A stretch of DNA of 64,000 nucleotides from Azolla caroliniana (lineage: Eukaryota > Plantae > Polypodiophyta): the NCBI GenBank assembly GCA_043228905.1, contig JBHGNT010000008.1, positions 4,526,001 through 4,590,000 of the forward strand, in the 5' to 3' direction. A model generated the notes under the pieces. That model was not told where the DNA came from. It saw only the letters and a program-made list of their open reading frames with translations, and did not search any database. Positions 1-10,880 of this stretch are shown here, one piece after another. The translations under genes were made by a program, and so were the position numbers. Position 1 is the first letter of the stretch, and each line of letters begins with the position of its first letter.

Positions 1-1429
1 ATTGCCAAAGCTTGTCAGCTCCTAAGGCTTTGGTGAAGATGTCGACCGCCTGAAGATTCGTGTTGATGTGTTGAAGGTCGACATCTCCGGCATGTACGCG
101 TTCTTGAATGAAGTGATAGTGCACTTCGATGTGCTTTGTGTGCGCGTGGAACACCGGGTTACGAGCCAGATATATATTGCTCATGTTGTCACAGTAAATG
201 GGAGTCGGATCCTTGATGGGGATGTCTAGATCCTTCAAAATACTCTTGAGCCATACGGCTTCACATGTAGCTACAGTTGCACCCCTGTATTCGGCCTCCG
301 TACTCAAAAGTGTGACGGTAGGTTGCTTCTTACTACTCCAAGATATTGCTCCACTATCGAGCGAGAAGACAAATCTGGAGGTCGATCGTCGATCAACTTT
401 GTAGCCTGCCCAGTCCGCATCTGTGTACCCTTCGAGTCGTATTGGTGTGGCCGATGCGTAGAGAACGCCGTAATCCATTGTGCCGCTCACGTATCGTAAT
501 ACTCGCTTAGCGCAATCGAAATGGATATCTCGCGGAGTTTTCATGAATTGGCTAAGGAGTCCGACTGGATAGCTAAGGTTGGGTCGAGTGATCGTGAGAT
601 AGATGAGGCTCCCAATCAGTTGACGATATTGGGTTGGCTCGCACTCGTCTGTGCCAGAGTCAGCATCTAGTTTGAGGTTTCGATTGAGAGGCGTAGCGAC
701 CGATTTTCACTTAGTCATCCCGAACTTGTATAACAAGTTGAGGATGTAGTGTTGTTGAAAGATCATAATGCTGGTCGGAATCCGAATTACTTCAATGCCA
801 ACGAAGTAATGGAGCTCCTTCATGTCCGTCATCTCGAATTTTCTGGAGAGGAGGGACTTGACCTTGTTGATGTTGACTAGACTTTCACCTCCAATGACCA
901 GATCATCCACGTATAGGATGATGACAATTAGGCGTCTAGAGTCATGTCGTACGTAGAGGGAGTTGTCAGATTTCGACATTTGAAAGTCGATTTGATGAAG
1001 ATATTGCGTAATCTTCGAATGCCAAGCATGCGGTGCTTGCTTGAGCCGTAGAGTGGCTTCTTGAGTCGGCACACGACTTTCGGATGAGTACGCGATTCAA
1101 AGCTGGGTGGTTGTACCATGTACACTTCCTCTTCTAATTCACCTTGAAGAAAGGCGTTCTTGATGTCCATTTGGTGGAGGTGCCACCCTTTTTCCGTTGC
1201 AAGTGCGATCACGGTCCGCACTGTCGTCATTTTTGCCTCCGGGGCAAAGGTTTCTTCATAGTCGACTCCATGTGTTTGTGTGTATCCTTTCGCTACGAGT
1301 CAAGATTTGTAGTGGTTGACGGAGCCGTCAACATTATACTTCACATTGTAGATCCATCTACAACCAATTGCCTTCTTATGCGGTGAGTGGGGAATGAGAT
1401 CCCATGTCTTGTTCTTGTGTAGTGCACAC

Positions 1430-2360
1430 TGTCACGGAAATCTGCACCTGCGGGTTAGTCGAACGGGACCACTGGGGTCTTTGACCAAGGAGGATGGATC
1501 GGGTGACTTGTGCTTGTAAGGAATCGACCATTGTTTAGGTTTACAATCGGGTCGTTCTTGTTGTCTAAGATGCTTGTGTGGGTTGAGAGAGAGAGAGAAA
1601 GAGAGAATAAAGAGATTGTGAAAATATTTACCGCACCACAAAGATGTCGTGAAGCAAACGACACATGTGCCAAACGTTGCGATGTGCGCGTTATAGGTGC
1701 GCAGACAAGCACCAGCCTCTATCCGCAAGTGGTGATGGAGGAGCGAAAGGATCATTCAAGATAATGGAACGGTGGAAGGACTAGTGCATGCGAGAAGTAT
1801 TAAAGATAGATTGATAGATAGATATGGACAAGAATTCCAATTCCCGGTTTGAACTTTTAACTTCAAAGTTGAGATACAAGACCCATTGCCAAGGAGATAA
1901 CTAGGATTTATTAATTATTGATTGCATACATTACTTGATTTCTTTCGCTTCCTCTCCTTATATAGATGTCCCCATGCATATGTGCATGTGAGGGTATAGT
2001 ACATGCATACAATGCATGCAATGCATGGTGACCATGTACCTCATCCAAGCTCTCATGTACCAACAGTTCGTGTGAAAAGTATAATGAAGAAAATAAGTTT
2101 TAAAGGAAATAACCTAGTTTAATGGTATGTCAAATGCCTCCTATCTTGGAGGTGTAAGGTTCAAACCCTTACTTGCACCTCATTGTATGCGTTAGGCTTA
2201 TTTTATATATTTGTGTAATGAAAACACACATTACACGTGCACATTCATGTGTTAACATATGCGTCTAACCATCACTCCTTCCATACGTGTGCATATTGCA
2301 TCTTCTCGATTTCCCTCGTTCCACACGATTTTCACACTGTTGCCGAAAATCTTCACGACA
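1430..2360 (-). repeat. 3' LTR of gypsy B
   Basis: TG...CA termini, adjacent PPT, close similarity to 17702-18498. Confidence 0.88.
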
Positions 2361-2651
2361 TCCACCCCCACCAAACTGCACATCCTCCGATACGTGCCAA
2401 GAAGTGAGTGTGAGATTTCGGCCACGGTGATCGATCAATTTCCTCCATGTCCTCATCAACCTCGCTCACATTTGTCAGTCTCGTCGTACTATCTTCATTG
2501 TTGAGGTCATCTAGGTTAGGACCCTCATCTTGAATATCTTTACTCTTTTCCCCGCAATGGGTATGGCCAACCTTGATCCGTCTAGCTCCGCGAGGTTGTA
2601 GGTGGCATTGTCGTTGGCACTCATCACCACATACGGACTGAACCACCTTCT

Positions 2652-2688
2652 AACACCGTGTCATTTGAAACAGGTAATATGTCGTATT
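2652..2688 (+). repeat. left terminal inverted repeat (37 bp)
   Basis: 35/37 match to the reverse complement of 10844-10880. Confidence 0.93.
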
Positions 2689-3414
2689 CTCTTTTGGCAA
2701 AGTTGGCCAGATGTAGAAAAGTACCCTATTTTAGCCTGATATCGAAAATATACGATGCATGCGTACCCCTTTTGCGACTTGATGGTTAAATATATAACAA
2801 AAAAAACCTAGCAATTACTAAATTGTATATGTGTCCACATTCGTGTCAATTTGCATATCATGGAGCACAATTGAAGACTTGGTTCAATATAAAGTTCTAA
2901 AATTGGTATCCATATTCAAATTGTAGAGTAAAACTACATAAACCGTAATTATAAATATGTGGTTTTGGGTTTAGGAATAAAGTAGTACCCCACTTGTTGG
3001 ACGGGTATATCGATAGTTTCATCGTATAATGTCATATAGTTCATGACAATGTAATTGGTAAGAGTAACAATTACGTACGGCATTCATTTATACTATGTGG
3101 AACCAGTAGACTTGAACCGTAGGTAACTAAAAACCTCTTATTATAAAAAACATTCGCCTTTTCATATACAATCATGCTAACGGAAATGAGAAATTACAAT
3201 ATCATGTTAATATCTTAAACTGAAGAAGAGCATGGTGGCCAATTATATGTAAATACAAACTACGGTTCCAATAATGATTAAAAAGGGAAATTATGAACAG
3301 GTGAATTTAATTAAACGATAAACAATTACAGATGTTCTCATATACAAATATAATATGAAGTGATGGTGAACATTATGCCTCAAAATCCTCAATTTTTACA
3401 TTACGCCATCTACA

Positions 3415-6400
3415 TCAATCTATAAGCAAATCAGGCAGAGCATGCTCCTCTGGCGCTGATTGTTCTAGACTGTTTTCATTTGTGTCATCTCCAAGCTCTC
3501 CCGAATCTGATGTATGGTCAAACTGTGCTACATCTTCCAGGTCCACCAGCTCCCTTGCTTCTTCATCAATTGGTTCCATTGGTTCTTGTGAAGTCATCTG
3601 GAACATCTCTGTCTCGTTGATGTGTTTTGCTCCGACTTCTTGATCCTGATCTGGACAGTCCCAGATTCCTGTGATCCTCATTTTGATGAAGTTAACTTGA
3701 GCAGGGTCCTTCTCCAATGCAACAGAGTTTCTAAACATCTTCAATGCACAAGCTGTTGTTGTACCTAATGGTCGCATGAACACAAACAAGTATATATAAG
3801 AAGTACCGTCTTAAACTTGATCGACAGGATTGAAATTAAATATATATATTATACCTGTGCCAGAGAACAAGTCTAGGACCCAATCATCTGGATTCGAGAA
3901 GAGCTCTATGAGGCGGTTGATCAATCTTTGAGGTTTTTGATAAGGGTTCACCATACTTTTATCCCCTAACACATGTCTTAATTTTTTGGTTACAACTGGG
4001 CACATGATGTAGTTAACCACGTTACGGTCATTGACATGTGCTCTAGCCTTCTTCTTTGTAATTGAATCATAGTAGCCCACACAAAAATGTTCGACCGCAC
4101 TAACCATTCGATCGCCAGGGCTACGTGTAATATTTGTTTTGATCCTATAGAGAAAGAAAATCAAGTATTAGAGGTGTAAATGTGTACATATAATAAGAAG
4201 TACTGTAATGAGTAAAAGTGAACTATAACGCACCAATGCATGTGTTCAGTGGCATGACAACGGGACTTCAAAGCTGTTGTGACTGACAGTGATTGCCCCA
4301 TGCTATGAAATATGACTCCACAAGGGGGCCAATGTCAGTTCTGCGAAATCCTTTACCATTTTCTCGATCTGAGGGTACTTGAAAGGCACATCATCATATG
4401 TTGATCCCGCAATACGGAAACCATATGGTATGTCAGCTATCAGCAAAGTGTAGTGCCTTCTCGGTAACAGTTCGAGCATCTGGGATACTTCGCCATTGAA
4501 AACACTATAATGAAGCTGTTTGAAAGGATCAGACCTATGCAAAAAACTCTTTACAGTCTCCGAATCCTCGGGCAGTTCCATTTCCTTCCCTTTGGTCATT
4601 CTCTTCTCATATTTCGCACGTTCTAAGTGCGTGATGAAGGCCGCTGGAATACCGTTATTATTGTCGTTGTTCTTTTTCGATTTTGATGGTTTCTGCAAGT
4701 GTCAATGTTGTTAGCAAGGAACATTAGTTTCTAACATATCAACATTCAAAATACACATACCCATTCTCTAAATACAATAAAATATTCCTCCAATGCCTTG
4801 TAGGAAGAAGTTATCGGGCAGGCTTGTTCAACTTCTTCCCATCTCGTCCAAACTAAATTCCTTGGCGACCACTCGAGATAGCACAGATATTAACAATCTA
4901 TCATCTTTGATACCTTGTAATGATCTCCACGGTAAAAGTTTCATGTCCTCTGCTAACTCCTCGATTACCAAGTCTCTTTTTCCCTTGGTCTTTGATTTGA
5001 TCTCAACTTGTGGATCAATTCTTCCCTTTTTTGATCTTTGCCCCTTGACTTCTTTCCGCTCCCACATAGAGAATATTTTGTCTTGGAGATCCCACACCTC
5101 TCCGGTCTGAAAAGGTAGTTGAAACCAAGAATCATATTTTCGGAGACCTTCGGATTTGGTACTCTCATCCACTGCAATCCCTACTTCCAATAAACATTGG
5201 CGTCGCAATCCAAGCCACAATCTTGGACCAAAACGATTCAAGGCATCCAAGTATTCATGATGAAAAAATCTTATCCTCTCTATACATGACATCTTTTGCC
5301 TATAATCGTTGTCATTGTTATGGTCCCATGCGAGCAGCTTCGCCTCCTCGTGAGTTAGTCCTGCATATACCTTACATTCGGCGTACTTGAAGAACGGCGT
5401 GAGAGGATATTCTTTGACAAGCTGTCGTCGAGCTTCGGCCGAATGTGATCCTCCGATTACATAGTATGTGTAATCGTCTGTAGAGCTATACTTGAAATCT
5501 GCTACTGTTGGGCATTGTTCTTGATCAACCATTACCAAAAATGGCACCACAGTAGCGTGAGGATTGATTTTCATTTTGCTTTTTAGGTTTTGCACATGGA
5601 CGGAGTGCGGCTCCCTAATTTCCAGGGGACGTCTTCCAGTCATGGGGTCAATGGGGGGCCTTTGGATAGAAGTAATGGGCAAATGAAATAGCTGGCCTCT
5701 GCGCACAAGTTTAGTCTTCACAATATTTTCTCTTATTTTACTTTGTTCTGACGTCAGGACACCAGAAGATAGTTGTCCGCCTGGAGCCACGACGTCGACT
5801 TGTTGGTCGTCTTCTTCTTCTTCCACGAACTCTAATATTTCTTCTTCTTCTTCTTCGGGTCGTGGTCGTTTAGTATATTTCTTTTGAACAGGATTTGTCT
5901 TCCTAGACTTTTTCGGTGGAGTTTCTACTTCACCGGTCATCATCTCTCTTGTCACGTATGGCCGAAGAGCTACCAACAAGTTATTTTTCGTTTGCAGGTC
6001 TTTACGCAAAGCCTTGGGATTGCAAGATTCGGGTACTAGGTTTCCCTCGTCAAGTCGCAATCGCCTGTTGCCAAATGACCTCGAGATATCGATTAAAATA
6101 CTTGTAGAGTCAATGTCTTTGTACTCTAGCTTGGTTACATGCCCGTAATTAAATGTTTTTCCAAGCTGAAGTTTCCCTTCCCCGTCCGATTTTGCTGTTA
6201 TCAATAACAACACCCCATCCTCCTCGACATAGGAGAGACACCATTCAAGTTCGGGGTAATCCTTATATTTCACCTCAACCGTTTTCTCCTCTTGCGTACT
6301 ACCTTTGTTGATTTTGGTAGTAGCCACAGATGACTTGGATCCTCCTTTCCCCGTTGAGTCAAATAAAATCTTTTTATTCGTGTCCTTGATGAAGGAGCCA

Positions 6401-6940
6401 GAATCTCGTTTTGTCGGAGATCAAATCTTCAATCTAAATGAAGGAACTTTTTGTCTGGGTTCACTGAAATTAAAAACATTGGGGAAAACATAGAAACAAT
6501 GTACAATTTTATCTAAATCACGCAAATTATAATCTAAATTACGTCAATTTTATGGTCCCATGCGATAGTTTTTTATCGCAAAAACAACATTTTTTTCAAC
6601 GCAAATCCATTGCACTGCATCGGATTTGCGTTGAAAGTCATGCCTTTCAACCAAAATCCAATGCAGTGCATCGGATTTTCGTTGAAAGGCAGGACCTTTA
6701 GCGAAAATCTGATGCACTGCATCGGATTTTGGTTGAAAGGTCCTGCCTTCAACCAAAATCCTATGCAGTGCAACGGATTTTCGTTGAAGGTCCTGCCTTT
6801 CAAAATTGCTTTCCAAGTTCGTTGTACAAAAAAAAATAAAATTTCTATGTGTTGAGGAAAGGAATCTTTAAGGAATCTTTAGGAATCTTAAAAACTGTAA
6901 AGAATATTACTAACCTGACGATTTTCTTTCCCTTGTTCAT
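3415..6940 (-). pseudogene. ParB/Srx-like domain + beta-class DNA N6-adenine/N4-cytosine methyltransferase fusion, 5 exons (~940 codons), disabled
   Basis: Exons 6940-6915, 6463-4761, 4692-4234, 4144-3855 and 3764-3415. All four introns are GT..AG with matching phases (2,0,2,1). Motifs: ParB-like YVIGGSHSAEARRQL; catalytic motif IV LLIADIPYG (4434-4423); spliced HW|IK; NPYQKPQRLINRLIELFSNPDDWVLDLFSGT|GTTTACALKMFRNSVALEKD (SAM-binding motif I after motif IV = beta order). Lesions: in-frame TGA at 6423-6421 and frameshifts at ~4840 and ~4315. Confidence 0.85.
6594..6803. repeat. tandem array of four ~51-bp palindromic units in intron 1 of the methyltransferase gene
   Basis: Unit TTTCAAC(G/C)(C/A)AAATCC-ATTGCACTGCATC-GGATTT(G/T)(C/G)GTTGAAA, separated by short GTCCTGCC-like linkers. 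Confidence 0.85.
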
Positions 6941-7029
6941 GATTCGTGCCGGAGGTAGTGCTGTCGACGATGTGCTTCTGAGTGCTCGAAAATTGGCCTG
7001 TGCTCTGAGCTCGATGGATTCTTTCACGT

Positions 7030-7235
7030 GATAATGAAAATGAAATTTCTAACCTCCTTATATAGAAGACTTTAGCATTCCTTTTAAAATAAAAAATAAT
7101 TTTTAATAATTTTTTTTAGAAAAATGTCGGAAAATAATATAGTTAATCTAAGTGTTCGGGTAGTTATATAGTTAGGCTTTAGCATTCCTTAATTTTCTCA
7201 AAAGAAGGTTTTATAATACAGTTAGACTCCCTCAA
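7030..7235. promoter_or_regulatory. putative bidirectional promoter between the methyltransferase and transposase genes
   Basis: AT-rich divergent intergenic region. Minus-strand TATATAA at ~7058-7064. Direct repeat CTTTAGCATTCCTT at ~7070 and ~7178. Confidence 0.45.
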
Positions 7236-10200
7236 ATGTCTTCTTCTACAAGTAGAACATCTCTTTTTTCTATTGCCCCCTTTTCATTGTCAGACAACTC
7301 GTATTTCTCAATAGAAGAGTACGACCACAAAAAACATTCGCGGCTTAAACAGAAAAGTGTGGCTCCTAGTACTTCAAATTCTTTGTTTTCAATTGATCTT
7401 GTTGATGGCCCTCTTCATGCAAGCTTACAAGCGGACGATTCTTCGTCGATAGATAACAATAGCATTACTAAACCTCTAGCATTTAAAAGAGTTCCTCGGC
7501 AAGTTAGTGAAAAGAGATTTAATTTCTTATGTTCTGATCGTCAACTTCTATGCGACTTGAAAAAATCGTGTTGTGCGAATCTCTATCTATCAACTTATGG
7601 AAAGTCAAGGTTACGTGAAACACGACAAAAATACTTGTCGCTTAATGGGGAAGAGCAAGATACATTTCTTCTTTCGCATATGCAACTTAAATTGGATCAC
7701 AAAGCAGGGCCTAATTCAACGCAAGTTGAATATTTCCTTGGACTAAATACCAAGTGTTGTCGAGTAGCTTTTAAAATCACTCATAGCATTGGAAATATGC
7801 GGCTGCAACGAGTTCAAGAGCGACTTCTGAAGGGCTCCTGGGTACAGTTCGATCAAAATGGTTCTGGATGTAAGGGTCAAATTGGGCAACATGCAATTAG
7901 GTGGATGGAGGTATATTTCTCAAAACAGTGCGAAGTTATGCCAACGACAGGAAGACTTCATTTGTCAGATAACTTTACTCGAAGGGAAGTTTACCAATCG
8001 TACAAGGACGACATGTCTTCCGATGTTGAGCCTTACAGTACAGGCATTTTAATCGACTATGGAGGTTACAATTTAATAACGTTGTCGAGGTATTCCTCGC
8101 GGATGCGTGGAATGAGGCGAGACCTCGGGGGTCTTGTACCAAAGAGCAAGAGAGAAAGGAGAAGGGAAGGGACCAACTACGTGCGAGCGTAGATTCACAA
8201 GGACACGACCCTTCAACACAAAGACGCGAGTGGGACACCGACACAGAGAGATGCGAATGTATGTATATATATATGTTAACAAGACAAACAATAAGAAGCA
8301 CGACGTTGGTTACGACCGAACAGGCCGGCGAACAGATGCCGATGCCTGTTCGTAAACGCACGGAAAGGAAGAAGTAGGTTGGAGGTGCTGCCGGAAGCAC
8401 TCGGGCATTCCTCAGAGCAGCGCGAGCCTCCCGAAACCTGCACAGAACGAAGCTACAGAGCTTGGAAGAGAGAGAAGCCTTCAGCCAACAACCCGACAGC
8501 ACTTCGTCCTCTCTATCCGTGATCCCTTTCCTCTTCCCCGTTTCCCTCCTTTTATAGGCAAGAAAGGAGCCGTTTCCCATTAACTTCCTACCTACCGAAT
8601 CTACCTACCTAGGATCTTCTATGTACCTAATTCTCTCTTATGTACAACATAAGACGTACGTGCATGAAGAGCCGGTTCCTACGCTCCGGTGCACCGATTC
8701 TGCTTGTGGACGGTTTTCTTCACGACAACGTGGTTATCCCACGAAAGGTGCGAATGGGAGTCTGCTCAATATGTGCGAGTTTAAAAAGTATGGCCAAGGG
8801 TGGAAAATTAGATGTAGAGATCAAGAATTACAAGAACCTGTTAAAAGAACATCGTGAAAGTCAGGCATTGGAACGTACTAAGGCTATGCATCACCGACAA
8901 AAAGCGTTTCAATCTCCCGAAAAGTATATGTGCATGATTATTGACGGCATGGATCAAAAGAAAACTTGTTTGCCGCATTTTCAAAGACTCCCCAAGGATA
9001 TTGGAGATGAGTGTCTCGTGCAAATGCATCTAGTGGGTTGTTTGACATATTGTCAAACTATAAGACCGCAATTGTTCTTAACTTATCCCAATATCCACAA
9101 CGACCCTAATCTTACTGTCACTGTCATGCACAGGGTATTGCAATCATGGTCAGGTATACTCCCGCCAGTTCTATATGTGCAACTAGACAACACAGCAAGA
9201 GAGAATAAGAGTTCAACTGTCTTCGGCTATCTAAGCATGCTAGTAGAGAGGGGCATATTTAAAAAGATAAAGGTTAACTTCTTGTTGGTTGGTCATACCC
9301 ATGATCACATAGATCAAATGTTTAGTAGGTTCTCAAAGAAACTTGCTCGCTGTAATGCTTTCACACTTCCCACGCTATCCAAATTGATTAGTGAAGCATA
9401 TACACCAAAGCTTGAAGTACAACACTTGGAAGAAGTATACGACTTTAAACGTTTCTACATGGATAGTGACGGGACTAAAGGTAGGGTGCTTGCACCTCTT
9501 AATAATATAAGTTTCAACCATGTCTTCCTCATAAAACAAAGATCGGCCCACCTCAAGATGACGGTGTTGTTTGCGAAACAATACTCATCTAGTGCACAAT
9601 GGGAGCCCCAAGAAGGTTGTAGGCTCCTTCTTCATATCCCAGATGAACCTCTACATGGTGCACAACAAATGCCATATGATGATCGTAAAAATGTAGCACC
9701 AAATAGTACTATTGATGAACAAAGGGCATATTGGTTGAGATGTCTAGCAGAGAAACAAAATAATATTGATCGGACTAAGAAGTATGCCGGTGATGAGGAT
9801 GTTGAATGGTGGGAGATTTTCTTCACCCATCAACGCACCATTTTAGATAAATACATCGCCGGTTTATGGCCAATCCGTATCCCATTCACATGGAACATTG
9901 GGATGACATCAATGATATCGCAGACTCATCACCAACAATCGAATAATATGGAGCTTCGTGATTTAGTTCAGCCACTGCAAAGAGATATTTATGTGGGACC
10001 AAGAAAGTCACGTACTGTTGAGGCAAGATGGCAAGGTAATTTGCAAGAACTACAAGTGGGAATGTTGGTTGCAACATTAGCAAGGGACGATACCTTGGGC
10101 CATCCATTTTGGATTGCAAAAGTTATTGAATTAGTAAGGGATGAAGAAAGTAGTAAGACAAAGTCAATAGTAGTCCACTGGTATCAGACAACTTCACCTG

Positions 10201-10553
10201 ATGCATTTACAGGAAAGTATTCTTTAGAGATGGTTAAGGATGTCGGATGTTCAAGCAGAAAGAGAAGAAGAAAGAATATACCGAGCACGGCTACTCTCGC
10301 ACTAGACCATGTTGACATACTAGTATATGACTTCTCATTGACAAAATCAGGTCATCTAAGACAAGCAACTATCAAGATAATAAAGGAGAAAATCCCAAAC
10401 ATGGTGTCAAACAAAATACAGAGAATAACCGGAAGCAATTCTCATAACCACAAAGATGTTGGGTTGGAATTGGATGAGGATAATGCTTTGATTGCCACTG
10501 ATGATGAGGATGAGATGTCAAAATGCTCTTCTAGTCCATCAGACATGTCTTAA
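7236..10553 (+). pseudogene. Sola1-like DDD transposase (~890 aa reconstructed), interrupted by a solo LTR and one frameshift
   Basis: Segments 7236-8082 and 8732-10553 rejoin as ...FNRLWRLQFNN|VVIPRKVRMGVCSIC after a frameshift at ~8037. Candidate catalytic motifs IIDGMDQKK, QLDNTARENK and FLLVGHTHDHIDQMFS; Cys-rich N-terminus. Confidence 0.82.
8083..8727 (-). repeat. gypsy solo LTR (related to element G LTR) inserted in the transposase
   Basis: TGTCGAGG...CACGACA; TSD ACGT at 8079-8082 and 8728-8731; shares GCCGGAAGCACTCGGGCATTCC with the reverse complement of the ~33000 region. Confidence 0.88.
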
Positions 10554-10843
10554 CATATTGGTTTGGTTCAAGCTGGGGATTGTTTTACTACATGATCGGA
10601 AACTTTGTAAATTTGTTTTGGATGTAAACTCACGAATATGTATAATTGTAACTGGTAGACATGTTGTACATTATTTTGTAATTTTGGTGATGTATTTTTG
10701 GAGGCATTTTACTTATGCCTCAAAGTGGTAGTCATGTTGAAATTCAATATATTTTGCCACCTTTTCTGAAAAGCTTTACGCATGCGTCGTGTCTTTTTGA
10801 AAACTGTGTGCTTTTGTGCCCTTTTTCGACGTAGTGTTCTCAT

Positions 10844-10880
10844 AATGCGACATATTACCTGTTTCAAATGACCCGGTGTT
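10844..10880 (-). repeat. right terminal inverted repeat (37 bp)
   Basis: Reverse complement of 2652-2688; followed by TSD TTCT. Confidence 0.93.

Larger units (their letters stand above)
2652..10880. mobile_element. Sola1-like DDD cut-and-paste DNA transposon carrying a ParB-methyltransferase cargo gene
   Basis: TIRs AACACCG(T/G)GTCATTTGAAACAGGTAATATGTCG(T/C)ATT at 2652-2688 and 10844-10880. TSD TTCT at 2648-2651 and 10881-10884. Removing the element restores the gypsy integrase reading KFARRWF. Two divergent genes lie inside. The superfamily call rests on the 4-bp TSD and transposase motifs as recalled, not on a search. Confidence 0.9.

Noticed and set aside
2652-2660. CACTA, hAT or Mutator classification
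   Set aside because: Termini are AACACC with a 4-bp TSD, not CACTA/3 bp, 8 bp or 9-11 bp.
6594-6803. CRISPR array
   Set aside because: Linkers are only ~8 bp and similar to each other, there are no cas genes, and the tract is in a spliceosomal intron.
3415-6940. Bacterial or phage contamination as the source of the methyltransferase
   Set aside because: The gene has four spliceosomal introns and lies within TIRs and a TSD inside a plant retrotransposon.
8640-8731. ATG at 8640 as the transposase start (637-aa ORF), and 7236-8192 as a separate gene
   Set aside because: Both ORF ends come from the inserted solo LTR; they are two halves of one gene.
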